64,000 nt of DNA, taken from positions 20,435,307-20,499,306 of the forward strand of contig NC_092353.1 in the NCBI RefSeq assembly GCF_963676685.1, in the 5' to 3' direction. Shown here piece after piece: positions 23,861-33,789 of the stretch (position 1 is its first letter; each line of letters begins with the position of its first letter). The translations under genes were made by a program, and so were the position numbers. The notes beneath the pieces are model-generated. The model had not been told where the DNA came from and made no database searches. It saw only the letters and a program-made list of their open reading frames with translations. The DNA comes from Mytilus edulis (taxonomy: Eukaryota).

Positions 23861-24300
23861 GCTATCCCGTTTTGCTACGTTTTCAAAACGTAGCGAAACG
23901 GCAAAATCCGTAGTGAATCGTATCGATCCGTAGTTAAAACGGCTATATACGTAGTTATGCGTAGATTGATACGTGATCGGTGCCGTTTGTATTGGTCTGC
24001 ACAATACAAACGTGACTAAAAATGAAAACGTAGTACTAACGTAGAAAAGCGCAGTAAAACGTAGAAGGAACGTAGAAATGCGTATTAGAAACGTACCTGA
24101 TACGTTCTAAAACGTATTTGATTATAATCACTAGGTGTTATTACGTTTAAGTACGTATCTGCCACGTTGCATTAGGTTTTTGTACGGTATATTACGCTTC
24201 ATGGTACGCATTAATAGGTTTCATCACGTTATTCTAGGCATTATTACGTATCGATGCGTATTACTACGCATGATTACCTTCTTCTACGCATAATCAAACC
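23861..24300. promoter_or_regulatory. Left subterminal array of short ACGTA/CGTAG/TACGT motifs (more than 25 CGTA-core copies in ~440 bp); presumed binding sites for the element's Myb/MADF-like protein and 5' region of the transposase gene
   Basis: Direct reading (aaacgtagcgaaacgg..ccgtagtgaatcgtatcgatccgtagttaaaacgg..tacgtagttatgcgtag... etc.); mirrored by an equivalent array at 30050-30415. Confidence 0.6.
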
Positions 24301-24356
24301 ACGTGTATCTATATTTCTCGCCATTTGCTAAAATAGTTTGTCAGTCTTACAGCAAG

Positions 24357-25645
24357 ATGGACAGACAACGGATGGAAATGAAAAATTATGGATTATTGAT
24401 ACACAATCATATTTTGAAATTGAGAATGTTGTTAAACAGACACAGACATAAACGAATAGATCACAGAGTGCGCACGGTATGGGTAAGGGATTGGATAGGT
24501 AGAAGATCTCAGTTTGGTTTTTATGCACAGCTGTTGGATGAATTGAGATGTGAAGACACCGTTTCTTTCAAAAACTTTTTGAGAGTTGATCCAACCATGT
24601 TTCAGGAAATTGTTAATAGATTAACACCAAGGCTACAAAAGAAAGACACGTGGTACCGAAAGGCATTGCCAGTTGGTCTTAAAGTAGCAATAACCCTTCG
24701 ATATCTAGCCACAGGAGACAGTTATCATTCACTTATGTATTTATTTAGAGTGCCGCACAACACGATATCCAATCGTGTAGTACAAGTTTGTGAAGCAATT
24801 ATTTCCGAGTATGCTGAAGATGTTATCAACACACCTACGGAAGAAGCTGGATGGCTAGCCATTTCGCAAGAATTTAGTGATATGTGGCAGTTTCATCATG
24901 TGCTAGGTGCACTAGATGAGAAACACGTTGCTATCAAATGTCCGGCTGGTGGTGGTTCTAAATACTATAATATAAAGGATTCCATTCTATAGTTCTAATG
25001 GGCTTAGTAGACGCTAATTATAAATTTAAATGGGTTAACTTTGGCGCACCAGGTGCTTGCTCTGATGCACAAATTTGGAATCAGTCAGACTTAAAAAATC
25101 ATATAATTGATGAGAATATGCACATACCAAAAGCAGAGCCTCTTCCGAATGATGACAAAGACATTCCGTACTTCATCGTTGGTGACGACGCGTTCGCCCT
25201 CAGAAGTTGGCTAATGAAGCCCTTTTCTAGGAGGAACATGACCCTTGAAGAGAGAGTTTTTAACTACAGGCTATCGCGATCACGAAGAGTTGTTGAAAAC
25301 GCATTTGGGATACTTGCAAATCGATTTCAATGCTTACTTTCAACTTTAAAGCAAGAGCCTAACAATGTCGTATCCATTATTCTGGCCTGTGTTTGTCTGC
25401 ACAATATAATGAGGATAAGATATCCAGGTGATCAGAACATTTTGTTAGACAGAGAAGACGAGAACCACCATCTTTTACCTGGAGCTTGGCGAGACGAAAC
25501 AAACCTGAAGGACATTGATGATGTGAAAGATCGCAACTATCCTAGCAGGCAGCAAAACAACAAAGACTGTATCTTAAACACTATTATTCGTCACCTGCAG
25601 GAAAAGTTCCATGGCAAGAACGAATGGTTCAATAACGTTTTTTAA
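24357..25645 (+). pseudogene. HARBI1/PIF-like DDE transposase (DDE_Tnp_4), ~430 codons, split by a frameshift near 24966-24980 (ORF1 GTG-start 24303-24992, ORF2 24998-25645; the homologous reading actually resumes in the second frame at ~24971 with YKGFHSIVLMGLVDANYKF)
   Basis: LPVGLKVAITLRYLATGDSYHSLMYLFRVPHNTIS (HTH region) and HVLGALDEKHVAIKCP...YYN(R/I)KGFHSIVLMGLVDANYKF..FGAPGACSDAQIWNQS...IVGDDAFALRSWLMKPF (catalytic D...D...GD region) match the Harbinger transposase architecture. The tataatataaagg stretch at 24966-24980 looks like a 1-bp indel. Confidence 0.8.
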
Positions 25646-25884
25646 CTGTCTTATCGTAGTATATTTGAATGATAAGTATATGATTTGTACTTTTGTTTAT
25701 TTAACTTTGAATGTATCAAAAAATATTATCATGATACATGTAATTAAACTTTAAGAAATTCTTCTATTAATACCAGTTTTCTGGTCTTTTAAAAACAATG
25801 GCACGCATGGGTCAGCATACTTAGGATAAATTGAAAATTTCATTATTATAACACTAAAACAACAAGACAAATCAAAATAAAAAA

Positions 25885-26215
25885 AAAACTTTGGGATCCC
25901 GCTAACATATTTAACCCCGCCGCATCATGTATGCATGTGCCTGTCCCAAGTCATAAGCCTGTAACTCAGTGGTTGTCGTTTGTTGCTGTGTTACATATTG
26001 TTTTTCGTTCATTTATTTGTACATTAATAAGGCCGTTAGTTTTTTTTTCGTTCGAATTGTTTTACATTTGTCATTTCGGGTCCTCTTATAGCTGACTATG
26101 CGGTATGGACTTTGCTCAATGTTGAAGGCCATACGATGACCCATAGTTGTTAATTTCTGTGTCATTTGGTCTCTTGTGTAGAGTTGTCTCATTGGCAATT
26201 ACACCACATCTTCTT
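25885..26215 (+). repeat. SINE-like interspersed repeat copy nested inside the Harbinger, between the two genes
   Basis: Aligns over >300 bp with 4735-5085 (gggatcccgctaacat.tttaaccc.gcc...cctgtcccaagtca.aagcctgtaa.tcagtggttgtcgtttgtt...gttgtctcattggcaat.acaccacatct). Confidence 0.7.
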
Positions 26216-26382
26216 TTTTTATATTAACCAACAAAATAATCACTCAAACAAAAAAACTTTTAATTTTACAGACAACTGTCATAATACATGAAATAAACAA
26301 ACTGTCTACATAATAGAGTCGTCTTTTAATGTCATTCATATAAAACTTTAAAACACCTGTACGGTTCCTGGTATGAATAAGT

Positions 26383-26676
26383 TTATAATGAGAAAAGTGA
26401 CGATGAGGGTGAATCAACGTTCATTGAATCCGATTGCATTATTACACTGGCAATACTTGATGTTGTAATATCTTGTGCGCATGTAACAGGTGGAGCAGAA
26501 TGTGCTCTTATAGGTTCAATGTCTGCTTGAGTTTTAGACCGGTTTTGCAGAAAGGCGACGTCCTGTCCAGGTAGCTGATATTGCTGCTGCCATGCAGGTA
26601 GGTACCCAACATTACTTGATTGATTACAGAAGCTGCCCATGGGAACATCCAATGCAGATTGTTGACCAGTGAATCC
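26383..26676 (-). CDS. Probable terminal exon of the Harbinger Myb/MADF-like gene (…GFTGQQSALDVPMGSFCNQSSNVGYLPAWQQQYQLPGQDVAFLQNRSKTQADIEPIRAHSAPPV…SL*), followed by an ATTAAA signal ~50 nt downstream
   Basis: Strong acceptor tttttgttgttgcag|GGATTCACTGG near 26677; open to the stop at 26383; attaaaag on the - strand near 26330. Confidence 0.4.
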   Translation of the reverse strand, partial: GFTGQQSALDVPMGSFCNQSSNVGYLPAWQQQYQLPGQDVAFLQNRSKTQADIEPIRAHSAPPVTCAQDITTSSIASVIMQSDSMNVDSPSSSLFSL

Positions 26677-26879
26677 CTGCAACAACAAAAAACATGACCA
26701 TATAAACAAGTTTGATCAACTGTGTATCATCGGCGTTGGAATTAGGTACTAGAACTGGGGTTATGCGGGGTTTCAAGGAAGGATAATTAACATAACTGTA
26801 CGGGGTACTGTTGCCTTGTTCGGTAATGCCGATTTCTTAAAGATAAATAAATCCCAGTTCCTAAGTCAAGGATACACAG

Positions 26880-27060
26880 CAGTGGCGGATTCAGAGGGGG
26901 GGGGGTCATAGAGGGCGTACGCCCCCTTTATTTGTACTTTTTCTCCCCTTTTTACGTGATTTTAGCCAAAAAAAAAACAATTTCGCCTCGCTCCGCTCGC
27001 CAAGAAAATATGGTATACGCCCCTTTCTAAATTCCTGGATCCAATTCTGTAACCATATCG
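26880..27060. repeat. G-run MITE-like fragment (cagtggcggattcagaggggggggg...) related to 7546-7693, sitting in an intron of the MADF-like gene
   Basis: The terminus cagtggcggat(t/c)cagaggggg is shared with the rc of 7675-7693. Confidence 0.45.
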
Positions 27061-27282
27061 TTTTAATATACGTAGTATATATAAATATATATATATATAT
27101 GACCGGACGCATGACAATTTCAAAATGCAGCAATTACCTGAGAGTAATTACAACACGAGGCATCCAAAATATGCAGGTGAACTAAAGAAATGTGTATTTC
27201 GAAACATGTTCTGACCTTTCAGTCTTAACACAATACTAGTACTAGTAAATAATATGTGAATAATATACCTGCAGTTGCTGAA

Positions 27283-27362
27283 GACGTTGTTTATCACGGC
27301 TGCGTAGCTCCTTACTTTCATTTTGAAATCTATCCAATAGATCCATACTCTCTCTTTTAAAC
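27283..27362 (-). CDS. Candidate internal exon (…FKRESMDLLDRFQNESKELRSRDKQRLQQLQ) between acceptor tttttgctttcag| and donor CAG|gtatat
   Basis: Splice-signal reading on the - strand; frame assignment uncertain. Confidence 0.3.
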
Positions 27363-28154
27363 CTGAAAGCAAAAATTTGATATGAATTCATTTAAAAAGT
27401 GAGAATCAATATCATATTAATGTAAACTATAGCTATAATGGATTATTTTTGATACATCTCATTCTTTTGAGAAAGTGTGAGGAAAATAATTGAAAACGAA
27501 TCATACTGAAGTTTGATAAACACCAATCTTTACATATAATACTTTTGCAAAGTTTCATGAAAATCTCTCAATAACTTCAAAGTTTCATTTCAAAACGGCT
27601 TAACTTAAAAACGAAGTTTTCGATATATCTTAACATTAAACTTGTAAAAGCTCTCTGTTTAGTACTCAACAATTGAGCAAAGTGTCAATAAAAATTATGG
27701 ATTCGTTCTTAAATGACTACTTGGTAACAGTCGATGACGGACGGACAGATGGACAAGCGGACGAAAGAGCAGACAGACAGGCAATACGCAGACGAACGGA
27801 CACGCAACCAAACGTTTTTTACGAAAGGTATTACACAATGCCTTGCGACTTCGTGTGGCGGGGTATAAAAACTAATGTCATTACCATAGCGTATCATCGG
27901 ACACAGGATGTTGGTACCAGGCTTAAACGATTTGTATGGTGTTCAATTTTAAAACTGCTACAGTACATCAAAAAGTTGTTGCACTGCACCGTGGAGTTAT
28001 GTTTTTCCTCCTAAAAAATCAGAATAGACCCTCTGCTCGATGATACACGATTTTTATATAGCGTATTCGGCCGTGTATAGTACACATTCATCAAGTAACA
28101 AAACATTAACATACAAAAGCATAGCATACCTCCCCCACAATCTGTCGTCAATAC

Positions 28155-28390
28155 CTGGAAGAATGCTGACCATCCAATGTCCCCAGTTCTGCCTTTCGGG
28201 TGTCATGTCCGCGTGACTAGCCAGCTTAGCCTGCACTTGTTTCTGTAATTCAGAAGACTGTTTTATTGCTTCCTGGATGTCTTTTTCAACTGGAGATTGC
28301 ATCTTCTGGTATTTCTTTTTTGTTTTTGTTGTAACTATAGGAGAGGGAATATCTATTGTGCTGGACGTCTCCTCAAGATTACATTGCGAT
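28155..28390 (-). CDS. Candidate exon 4 of the MADF-like gene (SQCNLEETSSTIDIPSPIVTTKTKKKYQKMQSPVEKDIQEAIKQSSELQKQVQAKLASHADMTPERQNWGHWMVSILP), acceptor ttttttttctttag|, donor CCAG|gtattg
   Basis: Open frame between canonical splice signals; joins in frame with the acidic frame of the 100-nt exon 3 (..GAAAGAAG|A TCG CAA..). Confidence 0.45.
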
Positions 28391-28691
28391 CTAAAGAAAA
28401 AAAAACCGATGAAAGTTGTATTTTTTGTTCTAAACAATACAAGAAGACACCCTATCTCTACTACTACGGTGGGTTTTGAACGACCTTGACTGGCTTGACA
28501 CCCTATCTCATAACAAGAAAACAAGAAATGCCGGAAGCACAATCAATCCGATACAATTACTTTTAACTGAAAAGTATTTACAAATGTAAGTGTGATGGAC
28601 GGACGGACGGACCAAAACATTATAATAAGTCCTGATGTGAAGATATAGGTTCAATTTAACTAATTATACAAAGAAGTAAATGGTTACTGAC

Positions 28692-28791
28692 CTTCTTTCA
28701 TCGTCTTCTTTACTTTCCCCTTCGTCCTCATGTTCACTGGGAGAATCGACGCAAGCATCTGTTCCGTATTTGCCTTGAGTTTCCCTTTCAG
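28692..28791 (-). CDS. Candidate 100-nt exon 3 (acidic frame ERETQGKYGTDACVDSPSEHEDEGESKEDDER), acceptor atatttcag|CTGAAAGG, donor GAAAGAAG|gtcagt
   Basis: Consensus splice signals at both ends; acidic linkers of this kind are typical downstream of MADF domains. Confidence 0.45.
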
Positions 28792-29020
28792 CTGAAATAT
28801 TCAGACATAATCGGAACATTATTTATGTATTCGTACAAGATATATCGAGATAAAGTCAAACATTTGAAATGAAACAGCTGTAAAATGAATTTCGTAGAAT
28901 CAGAACATTAAGTATCATTTAGAAAAAGAAAAAAGGTACGGGAATTCAACAAAGGAAATAACAATAAAAGGTAAAAAAAGTGAACTGAAATATTAAGTAA
29001 TAGAAAACTGTATTGCACAC

Positions 29021-29277
29021 GTTTATTCCTCCTCTGGTTTCTATTCTGGCAATATGTGGACCCAAGAAGCCAAATTTTTCTTTGATCCATTTGTCTCTTT
29101 GAGTATCATCTTTTCTGCCTGAACCAGATTTATTGCCTTCTCGTGTCAGTCTTCCGAGCTGAGATCTCATTGACTCAACCCATGTCCTGAGAGTCTTCCA
29201 ATCCTCTACCCCTAGCTCATTAGCTTTTGCTTGCCATCGTGTATTTTTGAGAGCAGTATCTTTGTACTGATAATGAG
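29021..29277 (-). CDS. Exon 2 of the MADF-like gene, encoding the body of the MADF domain (AHYQYKDTALKNTRWQAKANELGVEDWKTLRTWVESMRSQLGRLTREGNKSGSGRKDDTQRDKWIKEKFGFLGPHI...)
   Basis: Acceptor ttttttttcttctctttcag|CTCATTATCAG at ~29278; W...W...LR..W......G......K...W..F.FL is the MADF signature; the 3' donor is uncertain (AAC|gtgtgc near 29020, or earlier). Confidence 0.65.
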
Positions 29278-29425
29278 CTGAAAGAGAAGAAAAAAATCGG
29301 TCACATTGATTTTTAAATATAAAGACCATGCTGTAAGTTTATCTATGTCTACTGGTGGGGTTAACATCTTTTGACATTTCTTCTCCGTATTAATATTTTA
29401 AATTATAGCAAATAAATACATGTAC

Positions 29426-29651
29426 CTTTGTTGTATAGAGGTTCGTTTTCTCTATACCAATCTGCCAACTCATCCTGCTTTTCTTGTGGTATTTCTAATG
29501 GCTTGCTTCTTTTGCGCTTCTCTTTATTGGTATTAGCTGGCTGTTCAGTATCACTATTTTGTGTTTGCTCATTTGTTTCTTGTGTATTAGTTGTTTCAGT
29601 CTCAGGCGCCACACTAACTATGCGGCCCCTTCCTCTGCCTCTGGTCCTCAT
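29426..29651 (-). CDS. Exon 1 of the MADF-like gene (MRTRGRGRGR...KEKRKRSKPLEIPQEKQDELADWYRENEPLYNK), donor AAAG|gtacat; the basic and RG-rich N-terminus looks like a nuclear localisation signal
   Basis: ATG at 29651; DELADWYRENEPLYNK is the start of the MADF domain, which continues in frame into exon 2 (phase 1, G|CT = Ala). Confidence 0.65.
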
Positions 29652-30049
29652 CAGAACGGTCTGGTTTGAAACACACTAAAAGATAAAATCAAATACCGGT
29701 AAGAGGAAAATTGGATTTAAAACGGACAATGTGCAACGTAGAATATTTCAAAAGAGCAATTATTATAAAAGGGAAAGCATTGACAATGTTCTAACCAAAG
29801 CTTTAAATGTTTTTTCATGTTTCATGTATCCACTCAACAAAAATCTTATCTGAAAGAAAAAAACAATAAAATCTTTCTTTTGAGTACTAAATTTTTAGAC
29901 CATAAAATGGGAACAAAATAATTTAATTACAATGACAGATGTATTAGTAATTATAAAGTGTACCTCTATTAATGTCTCCAGATTTGTTTTAGTTACTCTG
30001 CTCCCTCTTTACATCTCTGTCCTTTCTAAATTTTATTGAATAATGATGC

Positions 30050-30415
30050 CGTTTCACGATAAGTGATCACAGCGTAGTGACACGTGATACTGCGCGCAAT
30101 AAACTTGCTAAATCGTAGGAAATCGTGCAAAAGCGTACTTGAACCGATTTAGAAACGTACTAAACCCTAGTAATACGTAGTGAAACGTAGTAAACCGTAG
30201 TAAAACGTAGTTTATACGTACTGAAGCGTATTAAAACCTAGTAGAACGTACCCCTTGTAGTTATAAAAAAACCTAGCAAATCGTAACAAAACGAAACAAT
30301 ACGTAGAAGAACGTATCAAAACGTGGCGTAAACCTAGTTAAACGTACGGACCGTTAAAAATGACAAAAAAATGCCATGAAACGTAGCATTTCTACACGTA
30401 CTAAAACCTAGCTGT
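30050..30415. promoter_or_regulatory. Right subterminal ACGTA/CGTAG motif array of the Harbinger, upstream of the MADF-like gene
   Basis: aatcgtaggaaatcgtg..agcgtacttg..aaacgtactaaaccctagtaatacgtagtgaaacgtagtaaaccgtagtaaaacgtagtttatacgtactgaagcgtatt... etc. Confidence 0.6.
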
Positions 30416-30443
30416 CGAAACGTGACAGTGTGACTGAGGCTTA
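30416..30443 (-). repeat. Harbinger right terminal inverted repeat
   Basis: Reverse complement = TAAGCCTCAGTCACACTGTCACGTTTCG. Confidence 0.75.
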
Positions 30444-30454
30444 CATAAAAGTAT

Positions 30455-31730
30455 CGTATATATGTAACCCCCCAAACGTGTCTGATTCCCCCAAACGTGT
30501 CCACATCGACGTCACTGAACTGCAAAGACATGTCTAGTTGTCAAAGGGCGCTAAAGCGTGTCATTTGTATAAACGCTCAAACGTGTCCATTTTTTAATTA
30601 ACCCCCAGTCGTGTCCAATCCCCCAAACGTGTCCATACCAAGCTTTTTTTTTATTTTACTGGAACTATCATTCGTGTTCATATTATAAAAACGTAGGTTA
30701 TTTGTGTGTGGTTTTTTTTATTTTTGTCATTGTATACTCATTTTACGATCTTTTACTATTTCATTAAAAGATCAAAATAAATTACTTAAATTCTTTTTCT
30801 ATGCCCATTAAAATGTTTGTAGCATTTAACTCGTTATAATGTGCCATACTTTGTATTTTGGAAGGCAAATTTTTTTTTAATTTCTGCAACTTTTATTTGA
30901 AACAGCCTCTATATTACATAACAGACATTGAAGTAGTTTCTTACTGAAATCATAAACAAATCGGTCTTTACTCGCATTTATTTTTCTTTAGATTAAAATC
31001 CAAACTAGTGGTCATCCCAAATAACCGTAAAAGTTAATGCCCAATTTTAAATTCCCGGTTTGATAATATAACCTATTTACAGTATATATCGTTAATATGA
31101 TATCGTTCAAAAAATGAATGAAATATTTGGCACTGGACGTTATGTCTCTTGTTCGTGTGTCTTTAGTGACGCTCGTTACCTATTTATTAAAATTAGAACT
31201 GTTAAAAAAAGATGGGAGGTCAATTCGACTGAAAGCCCACCGTGCAATATTCTGATTAATATAAAAGGCATCATCGGAGTTTATTAGTATAAAAGAATTT
31301 ACATAGTAAACGATTAATTCAACTATACTAGAATTATTTGCATGTTCGCTTTAAATTAGTATGAAATAATGAAGCAAATTAGGTCAAAAGTTAATGCATA
31401 TGTTACATATTAAATTTTCAGTAATGATAATCATTACAAACCGGCATTGAACAAGTTAATGTTAATAAATTACCACTTCATCACCTGTGTCCCCATCATA
31501 GAACTGCCGTGAACGTTATTGATGTCGCATTTAGGACATGTATTTGCGCAAAAGACACGAGACGTTCTGGCGTTTAAAAGTGGACACGTTTGGGCGAATT
31601 ACAATAGTATCGGGCATGTTTGGGGGCCCGGGTTCTGAAATCGGACACGTTTGGGGAATATTGAATATTATGGACACGTTTGGGGGGAAGGACACGTATG
31701 GGAGTGTTACATATATATATATATATATAT
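30455..31730. mobile_element. MITE-like element with inverted subterminal arrays (CCCAAACGTGTCC)n at 30470-30640 and (GGACACGTTTGGG)n at 31545-31700, and TA-rich termini (gttacatatata); it directly abuts the Harbinger right end
   Basis: At least five copies of the 13-mer on each side, in opposite orientation; no coding capacity between them. Confidence 0.5.
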
Positions 31731-31899
31731 GGAATAAACACATTAAAAATTTAAATTGTTTGATCGATATTTAAATACCAAACCAGTTAGACATTTTTTA
31801 AACAGAATAGCTTGAATGCCTTATATGTTTCACAATTATACTCTCCGCTTTGAGTCAGAATAAGGCATACAATTAAATTTACAAGTCGATCATACGGTC

Positions 31900-32130
31900 A
31901 TTGCTATATTAATAGTATCAAATTTACAACACAGAAAGCCCTCCTAGTCAGACTAATATGTATTATGCTTGATGGTCATTGCTATATGAAATAGTATCAA
32001 AATTACAACACAGAAAGCCCTTCTAGTTAGACTAATATGTACTATGCTTGATGGTTAATGCTTTATGAAACAGTTTCAAAATTACAACACAGGGAGCCCT
32101 CCGAGTCAGACTAATATGTAGTATGTTCGT
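31900..32130. repeat. ~73-bp tandem repeat x3 (..tcattgctatatgaaatagtatcaaaattacaacacagaaagccct.ctagtcagactaatatgta.tatgct)
   Basis: Direct reading. Confidence 0.8.
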
Positions 32131-33109
32131 TGATAATTCACATTTGATTCTGTATATATCCATTAAGACCTAACTTTATGTAGACGCCCTACTTAATTTC
32201 AAATACGGTTTCAAACCATAGCCAGCGTAGATTTCAATTTGATATTTGTGTAAAATTGACAGATTATTTAATTTCACTTTCAGATATATTGATGATGTTC
32301 TTTCCATAAACAATCCGAACTTTTCTGATTGGGTTCCATAAATATATCCCCCAGAACTAGATATTAAAGAAACAACAGACACGGCTTCCACCGCCTCATT
32401 TTTAGACTTATATCTCGAATTTGACTAACACAGTCATCTCAGTACCAAAATCTTTTACAAACGAGACGATTTTAATTTTGAAATTATAAATTTCCCCCAC
32501 CTTAGTAGCAATATACCAACTTCACCTGCATATGTGATATATATTTCCCAACTTATTTGATATTAAAGAGCTTGCAGCTCCTACTCAGACTTTGTAAAAC
32601 GTCATCAGTGTCTGAGTAGAAAGTAAATGAACCAGGGTTATGCCAAAGAACGTCTCGTCCTTTTTCTTAAAAAGTTCATCGGAAGGTACCAAGACCTTGT
32701 TGATAAATATTCCGTATCAACTTCACAAATAATACACGATGGTCTTGATGTATAGATTCTGCGTACTGGTGTTGTTTATCATCTTAACAACGTGTTTTAT
32801 AGTTATTTCATTTGTCTTTGTTCTATTATTAATATTACTTTTACTGTTGAAAGGTTTTATGTGATATCCGTTTGACGTGGCTCGGTACTTGTACATCTCG
32901 TCAATTTGTTTGTATTGTCCTTCAATTTTTGGTGTCGTGCTTTGTATATGAGACTTTTTGTATTTCTTTGGTTCTTATAACGTGACTCTGTACTTCAAAA
33001 GATCCCGTCAGTATGATATTGTTCTAGTTTATGTCATTATGATATATTTCTATTATGAATTACAAAATACGTTGAACCATAAACGTCAAAATCATTCAAT
33101 CGCGTAGTG

Positions 33110-33700
33110 GAATTTACTATTTGTGGATTCTTATAAATTCTATATGTAACTTTTGGACTATTTTCAATCTCGGTCTATTTCTGAAATTTATTCTTACATA
33201 CTTTTAATTTTTTAACCCTATATGCTAACGTTGCCTTTGTAAATTTTAAAATTGATTGTATGCACATTGAACGACAAATTTATGTGACGTATAAAATTTT
33301 CTGACGTCAGACACTCAAATCAATGAATGTGTTTGTAGATAGATGTGTTTGTTTTCTGTTGAATTGTTCCTTTTAAAATTGTTATACGATGATGACTGAT
33401 AGTGGAATTAACTATTTGTGGATTCTTATAAATTCTATATATAACTTTTGGACTATTTTCAGTCTCGGTCTATTTCTGATATTTATTCTTACATACTTTT
33501 TAACCCTATATGCTAACATTGCCTATGTATATTTAAAAATTATGCATGCACATTGAACGACAAATTTATGTGACGTATTAAAAATTTTCTGACGTCAGAG
33601 ACACAAATCAATAAATGTGTTTGTAGATAGATGTTTTTGTGTTCTGTTAAGTTGTTCCTTTTAAAATTGTTATACGATGATGACTGATGTGCCCATATTT
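33110..33700. repeat. ~296-bp tandem duplication x2; each unit contains the palindrome TGACGTCAG
   Basis: 33110-33405 is near-identical to 33406-33700. Confidence 0.85.
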
Positions 33701-33789
33701 TGACTGTTTTATTTATTGTGTCTGTTTAGTTTACGTATCAATGTAAATATAACGGAATTTTATGAGACTGTCATCAAAGTGACAGGGTT

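Larger units (their letters stand above)
23833..30443 (+). mobile_element. PIF/Harbinger-superfamily DNA transposon, ~6.6 kb: terminal inverted repeats, subterminal ACGTA-motif arrays, a DDE_Tnp_4/HARBI1-like transposase gene (+) and a convergent MADF/Myb-like gene (-)
   Basis: Terminal inverted repeat TAAGCCCCAGTCACACTGTCACGTTTCG at 23833-23860 against rc of 30416-30443 (TAAGCCTCAGTCACACTGTCACGTTTCG; 27 of 28 match). Transposase carries the LRYLATGDSY and GA(L/I)DxxH...GDxxF motifs. Second gene has a MADF domain. This two-gene layout is the Harbinger hallmark. Confidence 0.8.

Noticed and set aside
27673-28014. + strand ORF (…DGRTDGQADERADRQ…) inside the Harbinger
   Set aside because: It is antisense to the spliced MADF-like gene and driven by low-complexity GACGGACAGA repeats, with no domain resemblance.
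28054-28542. Treating the whole 162-aa - strand ORF as one exon
   Set aside because: Only the middle portion, between the acceptor ttttttttctttag| and the donor CCAG|gtattg, has coding character. The N-terminal part runs through a T-rich tract and the C-terminal part runs past a consensus donor.
23833-30443. Canonical TWA target-site duplication for the Harbinger
   Set aside because: If the inverted repeat is taken to start at GCC, the flanks read TAA (left) and TTA (right). These are each other's reverse complement, not a direct duplication. The only identical flanking triplet is CAT, with the inverted repeat starting at TAAGCC. I report CAT as a candidate but cannot confirm it without an empty site.
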